Below are positions 13,461 to 25,700 of a stretch of DNA of 64,000 nt, one piece after another (the stretch's first letter is position 1; each line of letters starts with the position of its first letter). The stretch is from Antedon mediterranea. Lineage: Eukaryota; Animalia; Echinodermata. The stretch lies in assembly GCF_964355755.1 (NCBI RefSeq), contig NC_092677.1, forward strand, positions 12,856,101-12,920,100. Direction: 5' to 3'. The position numbers were made by a program, and so were the translations under genes. Under the pieces are notes generated by a model. That model was not told the origin of the DNA and made no database searches. It was given only the letters and a program-made list of their open reading frames with translations.

Positions 13461-13895
13461 TTTCATTTCATTTCATTTATTTATTTCACTTTACAAATAT
13501 AAATATAAAGTGGAGGAGCCTAAAAGAAAGCAAAGCTTGTGGTGAATAGGCTCCTCAAAACAAAAACAAAAAATAAGATATAAATAAAATAACACAATTA
13601 GAAACTCCAAAAAAAACAAAAAACAATTTAACTAATATCTTTTCTATAACACATAAGTTTAACATGTTTAAAACTAAAATAACAAGAAAAAAAAAAGATT
13701 ATATAAATTATTTAAGAAATATCCAAATATATCAATAATAAAAGAATCAATAATAAAAGAATTTACCAAGAACCTTCAACCAATAATAGTTAATTGACGT
13801 TTAAATAAAGCACAGTTATGAGATTTTTTAAGAAATAAAGGAAGAGAATTCCAGAGTTTAGGTCCAGTGTATACAAGGGTATTCATTTTTTCTAT
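13461..13895 (-). mobile_element. LINE (CR1/L2-like) 3' end remnant
   Basis: Minus strand translates YTGPKLWNSLPLFLKKSHNCALFKRQL. It has a 3' stem AGGAGCCT/AGGCTCCT and a (TGAAA)n tail. Confidence 0.7.
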
Positions 13896-14320
13896 AATAG
13901 TCCATGCGTTAAGTATACAGATATTGCTACATATAAACGGAGATGCATAACATATTACTGTTACATATCGATCTTAAATATCGATAAATATCGATTTGTT
14001 GATTTATATACAGATGTTTTATACGATTATTATATATAACTATTATTATACTTCAAATCTCGAAAACAAATTTTTACTTACTTTATCAACAAATATACAT
14101 CCACATGAACATATTTCTAGTTGTACTTTGCCTTTTGATGGAAAATTAAATGCGTTATTGATATAATGCAATAATCAAAATTAAAAGAGTCAAAAGAGGG
14201 AGATTATTATGTTATTGATTGATAAAAATGATCAAATTACTGTAGAAGAAGAATAAGATGTGATATCATTCGATATTGTAAAATATTTGAAAATGATTTT
14301 ATTTTAAATAAAAAACTTAC

Positions 14321-14600
14321 CGTACTGATAATTATGCGTCTTATTATTCAAATAATTGCAAATATCTGTCGCCAGAATTAAATAATGTCCATAAAAGAAA
14401 ATCCTTGATTCGCAAAAGCAAACGTAAAATGTCCGTGAACAGATTCAGACGTTATAAGCACAGGTACGTATGCCAGTTTTATCGATAACAGATTTGATAC
14501 ATACATATATATTCAACCAACCAGAAACCAGAACCACTATTAACGCGCGCGTGCGCACTTTGATATAACCAAACGCGCATGTCATCAAGTTAATGGTTTT
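14321..14600 (-). promoter_or_regulatory. Putative non-coding first exon and promoter of aGPCR A
   Basis: Consensus donor (GTAAGT, minus strand) ending at 14320. CpG-rich GCGCGTGCGCACTT...ACGCGCATG at about 14545-14581. The ATG-containing exon is preceded by a 3' splice site at 13128-13129. Confidence 0.5.
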
Positions 14601-15320
14601 ATTGAAATGTGGATGTCACTGTTAATTGGCTCATGCATGGAGCTAATAGCTCCATGTCTCATGTAAGCAACAAAACGTAAATGAAGTCTCACTTCCGATA
14701 GCTTTGGCTGAATATTACCTCGTTGAATATTTTAGCTCGTAAACTGATCGATATTAGTAAATTAAATGTTATTATATTCATTCAGGTTATGTCCAGATAT
14801 AAAAAAAATACGTATGCGCTTGTATAATTAAAATTGAAATTAGATACAGGATTGATATATTATCACTGACAAATCAAATAAGATTTAATTTAGTTTCAAA
14901 TAAACCTGATATCTCGTATCACATGTTTTCAATCTATTCTATAGTTTTGGTTAAATGTATGTGGAAAACACATCAAAACACACTTCAGATACACTATTTC
15001 ATTTTTCATACAATACATATGGATCATCGTTGATGATGTCATAACTTTAATGACATTATGGTTCCAAATTAAGCACTGTACATTATACAATTGTGCTATT
15101 ATACACACAGTGCTAAAGCAATAATCTATAATTGAATAGAATACATTAACGTCATGTCTACAGTATGAAGGTGCCACTGTTTATCTCCATAACTCAATAA
15201 TGTTAATAATGACTGTTTAAACATTACTTTGTACAGTTATTAGGAATACCAGTCTATTTGAATGGCTACGTCACAACACCGAGTGTGCTATTATTATATC
15301 TAAAAATTGCTATAGATGAT

Positions 15321-15527
15321 TCCAGAATGACGTGACGGTTGTACACTACTGTATATGTTCGGTCCTTCCCCCCCCCCCCTCCTCCTCCTCCAGAATGACG
15401 TCACGGTTGTACACTACTGTATTATGTTCGGTCCTCTTCCCCCTCCTCCAGAATGACGTCACAGTTGTACACTATGTTCGGTTCTCTTCCTCAAGAATGA
15501 TGTCATAGTTGTACACTATGTTCGGTC
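15321..15527. repeat. Four-copy tandem repeat, unit about 45-70 bp (AGAATGACGTCACGGTTGTACACTA...TGTTCGGTC)
   Basis: Four visible copies separated by C/T-rich linkers. Confidence 0.9.
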
Positions 15528-16032
15528 TTCTACCTCCCCCTCTTTTGCCATCAATACAACGGTGCATAATATAAAGAAGAAGCCTATAGACCACCTTCAA
15601 ATTGATTTTCAGTACACATACTACTGTTCGGTAGTCGCAGGAGCAACTTTAAAATATATAAGATATTAAATGTTAATAAATAATGGATAATAAATATAAA
15701 TTACAATTATGGAAAATTAAATTTACTATAAAAATGTTACTCCGAATAAAGTGGGGCAAGCCATTGTCATTCACTATGACTTGTCTTACTTTATTCGGAG
15801 GGCTTTTTTTTTATTATCATATTAAAATAATAATTGTTATACATGTAAATACAAAATACATTGTGATGCAAATTAGGTCGAGGCTACCTTTTGTGCTTCT
15901 TGTAGTATCAGTCGGTTCGCTCTACAAATAAAATCAAGAGAAGGTAAGTAAGTTTATATGAGATTCAATACTACTTAAGCTGCTCAGTTTCACTTTGACG
16001 TGTCGCGACGCACGGACGTACTTAAAACTGTA

Positions 16033-16305
16033 TTTGGTTCCCACAGAGACGCAACGCAAGGACGTAAACGCAACACAAGCGAATTGACCAATCACATGCG
16101 ACTGTTCGATTAATCCATCGCTTGTGATTGAGCCAATCACTGTACGTTGCGTTGCGTCGTAGTAGTAGGAACAAAGCTTGAGTGCAACTCAAGTAATTTG
16201 ACAAATCACGACGCGATGGGTTGCCGAACTATCAGTTGTGATTAGTCAACTCGCCTGCGAGCCTTGCGCCTACGTCGTTGCGTCGCGTCCAAGTGGACAC
16301 CAACG
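16033..16305. mobile_element. Palindromic MITE-like element (TTGGTTCCCAC...GACGCAACGCAAGGACGTAA)
   Basis: Internal inverted repeats. Partial copies at about 2712-2800 and 58838-58915. Confidence 0.6.
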
Positions 16306-16391
16306 TGCATGTCTCATTATGAATTCTTTGTGTTACACAATTTTATATCTTAACTCTATAAACCGCACATGATGATTTTTAGATTTAATAT

Positions 16392-16668
16392 TTAAGCAAC
16401 CTGCTCTCCTACGACCTGTGAATGTGATCACATCAATTAGGTTTCTTAAACCGCATTAGTTTTTGTTTCCATATTGCACACTTGCACAGACATTAAATAA
16501 TTAGTTGTCGCTTCCATTGTAATTACATATAATCTTACCGATGAAGTATTGTCGACCTTCATGCAACGACGAAAAAGAATGTTCTTAATTTGGCCATTAA
16601 GACAGCAATGAAATAAGAAGATAAAGAAACCCTAGAATGAAAGAATAATTAAATTCTCGAGTAAAGAT

Positions 16669-16710
<42 letters not shown>

Positions 16711-19700
16711 AGCTTCTTCTTCTACCAGAAAGTCTATATAGGGCCTTGGCCTATCAGGTAAATCAGGTACCTCCCGGCTATATTAACAAACATCGTATCC
16801 AACATTAAAAAAGGATCTAATGATATTGACAAAGAAACATTATAAGTAAGTCTGATTTATGTGTACATTGTGCGCATGCAAGATGCGATTATTTTACTAA
16901 ATATGTTAAATAAGTTACTTAGCCTATGCCATACACGAACAAAATTTCATTTTATAATTAGACGGATTTTTAAAAAGGCATTAGGCATAATTAAGTATAT
17001 GACTACAATGTTTTATAGGCACGTGTTACATTATATCACTGTTAGAATTTTCACAACGTTTTACGTTAAAAACAAATAAATATTAAATTTGAATTAACAA
17101 TACATGACACACTAGGTAATACAAGAGGCTCACCTGCAGTGAATTACATATAGCAAACAGGTACTGAAGGAATAACGTCTGTTGGCTAAGAGCAAGTAAA
17201 CCGAACACCCAAGTTAATCCGAATACAGGCAGTAAAACTGCGGCTGCGCGTAAAGTACGGCTGTATGGATATATAGAAAAAAAAGTTAAATTACGACGGC
17301 GGGTCAAAAATTATGATCCTGATCCTCACTCGATTATCGGTACTGTATCTCTCCTAGTATCATCGATAATTCTACAATATAGCATCACATGTGTTCCACA
17401 TGTATCGCCTATCATTGTGATACTAGAAAAATATTGTCGTACGTGGAGATACAGCAATGAAAATCGAGTAATGAAGTCGCATTAAAGTTGTCCTATTCTT
17501 ATGTTGTTTTAATATCATGATTACCGTGTTTGTTCTCTTAGTGGTTTCGACTTGACTGACTTCACACTGGTAAATGTCTTTAGGACAATTACCATAATTG
17601 TTGTATTTAGCTGCAAAATAAATATACTGTCATTGAAAAATAAATCGTTTCAATGCGCACTAAAAATGGAAAAGTTTATATATTCATAACATAACATAAC
17701 TATTGACCAATCAAAGGCCAACTACTTTGCAGTTTAAACGGGACAATACCGCCCTCAATAATACTACTGAGATACAAGCGATATATTGTACATAGGTAGG
17801 CCTGTACATACCATAATAATTGTTATCACTGGGCCAATAAACGCCCAAATAGTGCCTTTGTCGGCGGCCAGCCAGCATGCAGTATCCGTACCATAGCCTT
17901 CGAGTCTTACAGCCATGGTTACAATCACTATGATGGCAGGAATTCCTGTAAAATAGGTACAGTACTAAATTATGAAAAAATATTATTTGCAAATGTCATT
18001 ATTTTATGTTATTTCAGTAAGATGGATTTTAGAAAAAACGGAAGGCTAATTCTAGGAGCTGAGGCACATTGTAATGTATTTAAAAAGTCATACAATCACC
18101 CCGCTATGTCAGCAGAGTAAACTGTTTTGTTATTATTTTCACAAGCTACTCTACACAGGTAAGGTAAATTTCGATAGACAGCTTACCCCATCCTATCGGG
18201 TAGTAAACATGGAACTTTCTCCTAGATCGGCCATGAGTCAAGTTGCGTACTTTACTGTACATATGCATCGCTTCCACCGCCATCCACATGAACACCACAA
18301 GGAAGAAATAATGCATGAAAATGGCGATACCAGTGCACACATTCTGAACGGGAAAAAGTATATATCTAAATGTAAACATCCCCATAACAGGTGGTGGTAA
18401 CAATCTAGGCCTACACAGGGACATTCCTTATTTCATAATTCATTCAATAAAAATACTATATAAGCTTACTTTATTTTTAGTTAGCTCGATTCCAAATAGA
18501 AACAATGAATCTGCTATTATCAAGGCGATCACGAGGTTGATGTGAATCGACGTGCATTCATAATTCAATCGTCTGAAACGACAATAATAATATTGATGAT
18601 AATGATGATGATGATGATACTGATGGTACTGATGATAATGATAATAAGGAGGAGGAAAAATTATACGAATGTGTTGTGGTTAATCTTCATATCAATTTAC
18701 ATAGACATTAGTTGAAGTTAAAATTTCAATAGACAATAATTAATGACAATTACAAAATTTAGACAATATTTACCTAATACTTAAGAAATAGATTAGTCTT
18801 TCATTACACAATAATTAACACGTTACCCTATATCGAAATTAAATTATTGCCCTTAGGTCAACAATGCACTAAAAGCCTACAGCCTATTAGATGCAAAGTG
18901 ATCATTTTACCATTAAACCCGTTTTCCACTTGTCAAATCTATCCGAAAGCGTTGACCAATGAAAATGCGTATTTATATACTTTTTGTGACGCGATAAATT
19001 GCGCAACCAATCAGAACTCATGAATGCTCGATTCGCACGAATATAATTATATACGTAGTCGAGCCCTATTAAACAAACTTACTTGAAGTAAACTATCATT
19101 ACAATAAGAGTTGTAATCAAGGAGAATAAAGACAGTGAAAGTCCAACGTATGTTATTATACTCAATGCGGCCTCATTCACATCACCAATCTAAAAAACAA
19201 TACATACAAAATATACTTTCAATTTAAAAACTTAAAGATGTATTGTCCCTTTAAACACAAAAAAATGAAGGTCAAAATATTCTAAATATAAATTGGCCAT
19301 ATCAAAGTAATATTAAAGTTATTCAGTTTAAGTTGAAAGTTCGAGCCAAAAGCAAGAAATCATCGCGAGCGAAAGTAAACAAAGATTTCAAACCACGAGT
19401 ATGCATTATGCATATGCTAATTAAGATTGTTTACAACTCGTCATGGTTGAGGTGTTTTCACACAGATCGCGAGGAAGTTTTAGGATTATGCATACAGAGT
19501 AGCCAAACAAGCGCGTTGCATTATAAGATATGTTTTGATCGAAAACTTTGACTGGAAGTCAAAATTATTTTTTAAACAAAAAAACGTCTGTATTTCAATT
19601 AAATGATTTTTTTTTCGACAAATTTTTGGTGAAAGTTAATAACTATTATGATACTTCAAAATGACCCACTTTTTGTCGAAATATTTTATTTTTCATTTTT

Positions 19701-22700
19701 TTGGAATTCGACAAAGGGACAATACATCTTTATAATTATGTAGGCCTAACTTCTGTTGGTGTTATTTTTAGCCTATCTGTGCATGTAACGCTAGTTTGTG
19801 GCGTGATGTAGGCTTAATTGCTAATGAGTCGAAATAGGCGGCCTATAAAATACCGACAAAAAAAGACAGAATATACCTCTACATCATCAGCGGCTTGTAG
19901 AAGAATAGAGAAGCTGGTTAGGTGGTAACAGTGACACGTGGTATAGGTTCGATTCACTTCACTGACATTGCATCCGTCTGATGACCACACCCCTCCTGCT
20001 GAGTACCTAACAATTGTATTAATAGTACGCTTATAAGTCAATAATTGCAGGTGATGATTGTACATTGCATAGTCCGTTCCATAGTTCTTATCCAATGAGA
20101 AGCATTCTAATATAGACACCGGTTTGTGTCTTTAGGAGGGCCCGCGTCACTATAGTAAACGTTATGCTAAGCATTTAGATCTGCTGTGCACTTTCTAATT
20201 ATATAATAGACCTAAGTCAGAAATGTAGTTAAACTACTTGACGTGTTTATGGATTTTCTTACGTTTCGTTGAATTTCCAGTAGACACAGTGCGTCCTTGA
20301 TGTAGTTGCATTCTACGTAAAAAATATTTTAAATAGTTTTCAAACCATTGTGTATAAAAGAGCATAAGACTAGAGTTTGTATATTTTTGGCTAAAAAAAT
20401 ATGAGTACCCATCAAAACGATCGCAGTTAAACTGGGAAAGTTTGACTTAACCAATTTAAATTAATGATAATTTAAATAGTAATATATAAAAAAACATTAT
20501 TCTTTACCTGATTAAGGTTTTCAAACACAATTTCTATAGGTTCGTCAAAAATCAGTGGTTGATCCTTATACACCTTAACAGTGATAGATATTATCCGTCC
20601 GTTTACACTATAAATCTCATCCCTAAAATATATATACAGAAGCAAATTCTGAGAAATGGAGATTACAAATCTAGACTTTTATGTTATTTGGTTTTAACAA
20701 CTGAAGCCTGTTTTCCACTTGACGAAGTCATTCACGCGAATGTAAACTTTTGGCAAATACGCATGCGTATTTATACTACAGCCAATCACAGATCAGGAAA
20801 CTTTCGACTACCGTGAATAGTATTCGCCAGTGAAAAACAGGCTTAAATCTTTAACTTTTATCCTTCTTTTAAAGCTATAGCTACTTACATTTTTCTCAGG
20901 ATTTAAGTTATTGTTATTAAGTTATTGTTATTCTCTAAGAAGTAATATTGAAATAACTGTCTTGACTTACTCTTTTCCTGTTTCCAGGGATGCGTTTAGA
21001 ATAGCATCAAATTCAGAATATATGACATAAGAAATCGCAATATGACCTTTCGTAGGAAAATGAAGTAGAATTGTTAACGTTTTCAATTTTTTATTTTTTA
21101 AAATTTTTGTGGTTAACTAACCACCTTTATTTATTCAATGTTACATAAACAACAATTACAGAATCTCACATATATTTACATTATTTTCTGCATATTTTTT
21201 GTTATGTTATCTATTACAAAATATATTGCATGTTTAATAAAAAAGTTGTTTAGTTATGAAACGTTTGTTAACTTATTTATCATCATCGTTTTCAATTTTC
21301 AATTAATTTAATTCAAAATAACATTTATTTACTTCCTTTTAAGATTTAAACAATAGGCCCTATTGGAATAAATAGAAATTAACATGGACAAATAACAAAA
21401 AACCTAAGGAAAAGGGGGATCCTAGAAAGATAGCGGATCTTAAGTTGGGTCTGCCTCGGACACAAAACCAATGGACAAACAAGGGGAACAAATCAAACAG
21501 AAAACAACCAGGACATCAAACACTATGGATTCCGACTAAGTAACCAATAAGAAAGAAGGGATGGGAAATGCAAAAGTGAATTAATATTAATAGCAAAGTG
21601 TTTTTTAGCTTATTAGAAAACGAATATTTGTTGACAGCGCTAATTATATTTGGAGGTACAAAATTACCAAAATTGGACCAGTAAATCTCTTATGTTGAAA
21701 ATAGTTAGTTTTATGAGGGGGTATAAAATTATCAAATCTATTTCGTGTGCGGTGATTCTTTAACAATATATAGTGCGTGACGAAACGAAATAGCATATAT
21801 AAGCTCGCGTCACTAAGGGCACAACCTCTGATCCATGACATAAATCTTACTAATAAATGAAAAATAAAGCTTATACTTTACAAAAGTATTCATAACATAC
21901 GAAATCTATTTGCTATAATCGCCTTGGGAACGTTGACTGCAACTTGGTTGGAATTAACAGTTGAGCCATCATACGTATATCTACTATCTATCTGTATTAT
22001 CACATCTGAAATTAAGGTAAAAAGTAATATTCTTTCTCTTCCCAAAAACAACGGAAATATCACACGCAGGTTAGGCCTATACTAATACAGAACAGAAATA
22101 CGGTAGTAAAGTACAGGTAAGTCAGACCTACAACGTGTACGTATCATTGGAATTGAGCAGAGCTCTATTAAATCTGTTTTTGAAAAGCGATTGATTATAA
22201 GAAAACACATTCTATATTTCAAGATTCTAATCATCCCATGCATAATGTATTTGAGGTGTTACGTAGCGGTAAACGTTACCGGCCCATCATTTTTCGTACA
22301 AATAGGTTTCGTGACAGCTTTTATCCAGTTGCCGTTCTAGCAGTGATGTTACACTTTGAATTGTAATTGTTTTTTTATTTTTTTATTTGTATATTTTTTT
22401 CAGAGCAAACATAATTTCTATGTATAATTTATATGCAAATGACCAATAAATGGAACTACTTTTACACTGATGAACTGTCATTCCCAGTCTAAGGCTTCTC
22501 TGATGTATTTTGCCAAGTAGGCCTAAGTATAATAATAAGTGATACGAAGGCAAGGAACTTACCAAATAAAACACTTGATGCATTGAGTAAGATCCTATCG
22601 TTATCATATTTAGAAAAAGCTTTCCGCACCCTTACTGCTAAAAGTGATGAAATGTTATCAACATCGTTAATCAAAGTACTCAATTCCCAAGAACTCTAAA

Positions 22701-25700
22701 AGAAATAGTGAACAAAAACAATTAGGTTTCATTGTAACAAATAATGTTTGTATTTATTGTATCAAAAAGATTGAAGACTGTAGACGTCGTTGATATAATA
22801 AAACCTCTATTAAGGCTGGGGCACCTTCATGGCCCATCAATATCCCCCCTAAATGAAGGATGTCCCATAAATACCGGATTGGCGTATTAATATTCCGCTC
22901 ATCGTTTCATAAAAAATTGTCCTCGATAATAGGGATGTCCCAAAAGGAGGTGTTTAACTGAATGCAAGAATGACGAACCCGTAAAATTAATTAAATGTTA
23001 ACCTCAACAAGAAAATATGAAGAAAGAAAATATTACCATATCTGTCTGATTTATTATAATTGGATTGAAGTCATCAACAACGTCCTAAAAAAAAAAAATT
23101 TACAATGATTTATATATATAATGATTTATATTATCACATTAGGCAATTGAACATTAATTCGAAACCGCCCGGTGATATACTGAAATTTAATTAATTAATT
23201 TGAAATGATTTATATTATTATATATATAATTGTAAAAGCGTTGTTTCCGTTACAATTTAAAAGAAAGTACAAATAATAAACACTTTTCGATTAGAGGACA
23301 CAACAACGACTGAAATTATTCATTATGTAGGCCTTGTGAACTAAAAACATAATTATGAAATAAAGTTAAAACTTTTTAACGAACCGTAACAAATATTTCT
23401 ATCTCATTATCTTCTTTAAGTTGAGAAAGCAGTTTCGTTGAAATCTTTTCCTTTATTTCTTCTATACTTGTCAGTTCATCTGAAATAAACATTATACTGT
23501 CATGCGTAAAGCCTGTTTTCCGCTACGTGAATATATTCGCGTGTGTGCGAATAAATCGTTGACTAATGCAAATGGATGCGTATTCACATTTTCATCTACT
23601 TTTTGTGACGTGAATAAACAATACGCAACCGGCCAATCAGAACACAAGAATGTTTGAGAACATATTTCCTAATGGAAAATAGGATTTAAGTCACTTAAAA
23701 CAGTCTCTAATGCTACTCTTTCTTTAACCTACTACCTTTGTGAAGTCTAACTAGAGCTCACCTTCGGTTATATTTTGGCTGGTAAATTCACCACTCCGAC
23801 CAAAAGAACCCCCTGCGCCGCCTCTGACGTCAGCGTGTAAATTGATATCTTTAACTTGTAAATCCCAGGAAAGCAATCTGATAACTCCACCTGCCCCGCC
23901 CCCACCACAGTAGCTAGTCAGATTTGGCACGAACGAGCTAACACCACCAACTGCGGTTAGATAAGCACTCCTTCCTAATATAATCTAAATTTAAGAAATA
24001 CATTATGCAATCTGTTAAATAGGAACAAATGATGATTGATTTTTTCACAAATTGATAATTTTTATTAGCAAAATCATATGCCCGTTTTTCTACTGAGCAA
24101 GATGTTTTTATTAATTAATTTTAAATTAAAGAGAACAGTATTTTCTTGCCAACAGAAACAGGTCTACATGAACAAAATTATATTTTGATTCCAGTGTTGA
24201 TCGTCTAATAAACGGAATCTGGGAAGCAATTTTTAGCTAACAAAAACGCGATATTTTTTTTTATGAAACAGTTCTTCAGAAATAGAAACTGTTCCTTACT
24301 GTATTTGCGATAACTTGTATCATTCCGCCACTACCACCACCCATAGTGTCCGCTCTTGATTCTATAATGAGTCCGCCCTGACCATCAGCAGTCATTGAAG
24401 AATCTTTAAATAAAGCATGCTAATAGCTATAGAGTACTAAGGATCTGATTAACGTTATACACATTAGGCCTACAGCATGGAAAATAAAAATGACCTGATT
24501 TTTTTTTTTTTATTTCATATTTATATTAATACAAACAAACACAAATTTAAAAGAAAAGACCTTAAAAAATAACCTATATGAATCAAAAAGACGCTATGAC
24601 AACACAAACAATCAAAAAGAGCTTAATAAAATAAAAAAATGACCAGAATGGTCTGGGGAGAATTCAAACTACATTTGAAAAATATCCGTGTTCCATCCTG
24701 AGGGGAGTACCATTGGCAGTCATTTATAAACGCAGCGCAAGCGATGGATGAACTGTCATTGGTCAACTTCATCTCTTTTACAAAATTTGTATTTTTAGGC
24801 CCAACATATAACACGAATTTGTTCACAGATAACATTATGAAAGGAGCAAAGATACAACATAGGCCTACTTACTGATAAAAATAAAATTACTACTGGATCT
24901 GAATTCCATAGCCCCGCCTCCACGTCCTTTATATATGCGCGGGTTATCGCTCCATTCTCCACCTAAAAACAATAACACAAACATGTGTACATCATGGCAC
25001 ATGTGTACATCATGGCACATGTGTACATGGCACATCATGACACTGGCACGTCATGTAGGTCTACTTTATGGCACGTCATGTGTACATCATCATGTGTACA
25101 TAATGGCACAACATGCATCATGGCACGACATGTGTACATCATCATGGCACATCAAATCACGCGTGTACATCCTGGCACAACATGTGTACATCATTGCACG
25201 TAATGAACTTCATGGTACGACATGTGCACATCATGGTACAACATGTGTACATCATGGCACAACATATGACATGTACATCATGGCACGTAATGTACTTCAT
25301 GGCACGTCATGTGTACATCATGGCACGTTATGTGTACATCATGTGACATCATGTGTACATCATGGAACAACATGTGTACATAATGGCACAACATGTGTAC
25401 ATCATGGCACAACATGTGTACAGCATAGCACAACATGTATACATCATGGCACATCATGTACTTCATGGCACCTTATGTGTACATCATGTGACATCATGTG
25501 TACATCATGGCACAACATGTGTACATAATGGCACGTCATGTGTACATCATGGCACAACATGTATACATCATTGCACAACATGTGTTCATCATGGCACATC
25601 AATATATATTATATTTCTGTTTATTCTTTTTTTTTAAAATTGTGATGATGCAGCAGATATTTCGTGTTGTTATTGTTGGCTAATACTTGCTGTTTTGATG

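Noticed and set aside
24500-24835. Possible Tx1/L1-type LINE 3' remnant with a poly-T run
   Set aside because: Resemblance is too weak to call without a repeat library.
24935-25637. His/Cys-rich ORFs (CVHHGTT)n suggesting a metal-binding protein
   Set aside because: A 21-bp minisatellite open in several frames, antisense within an aGPCR B intron, with no splice or start context.
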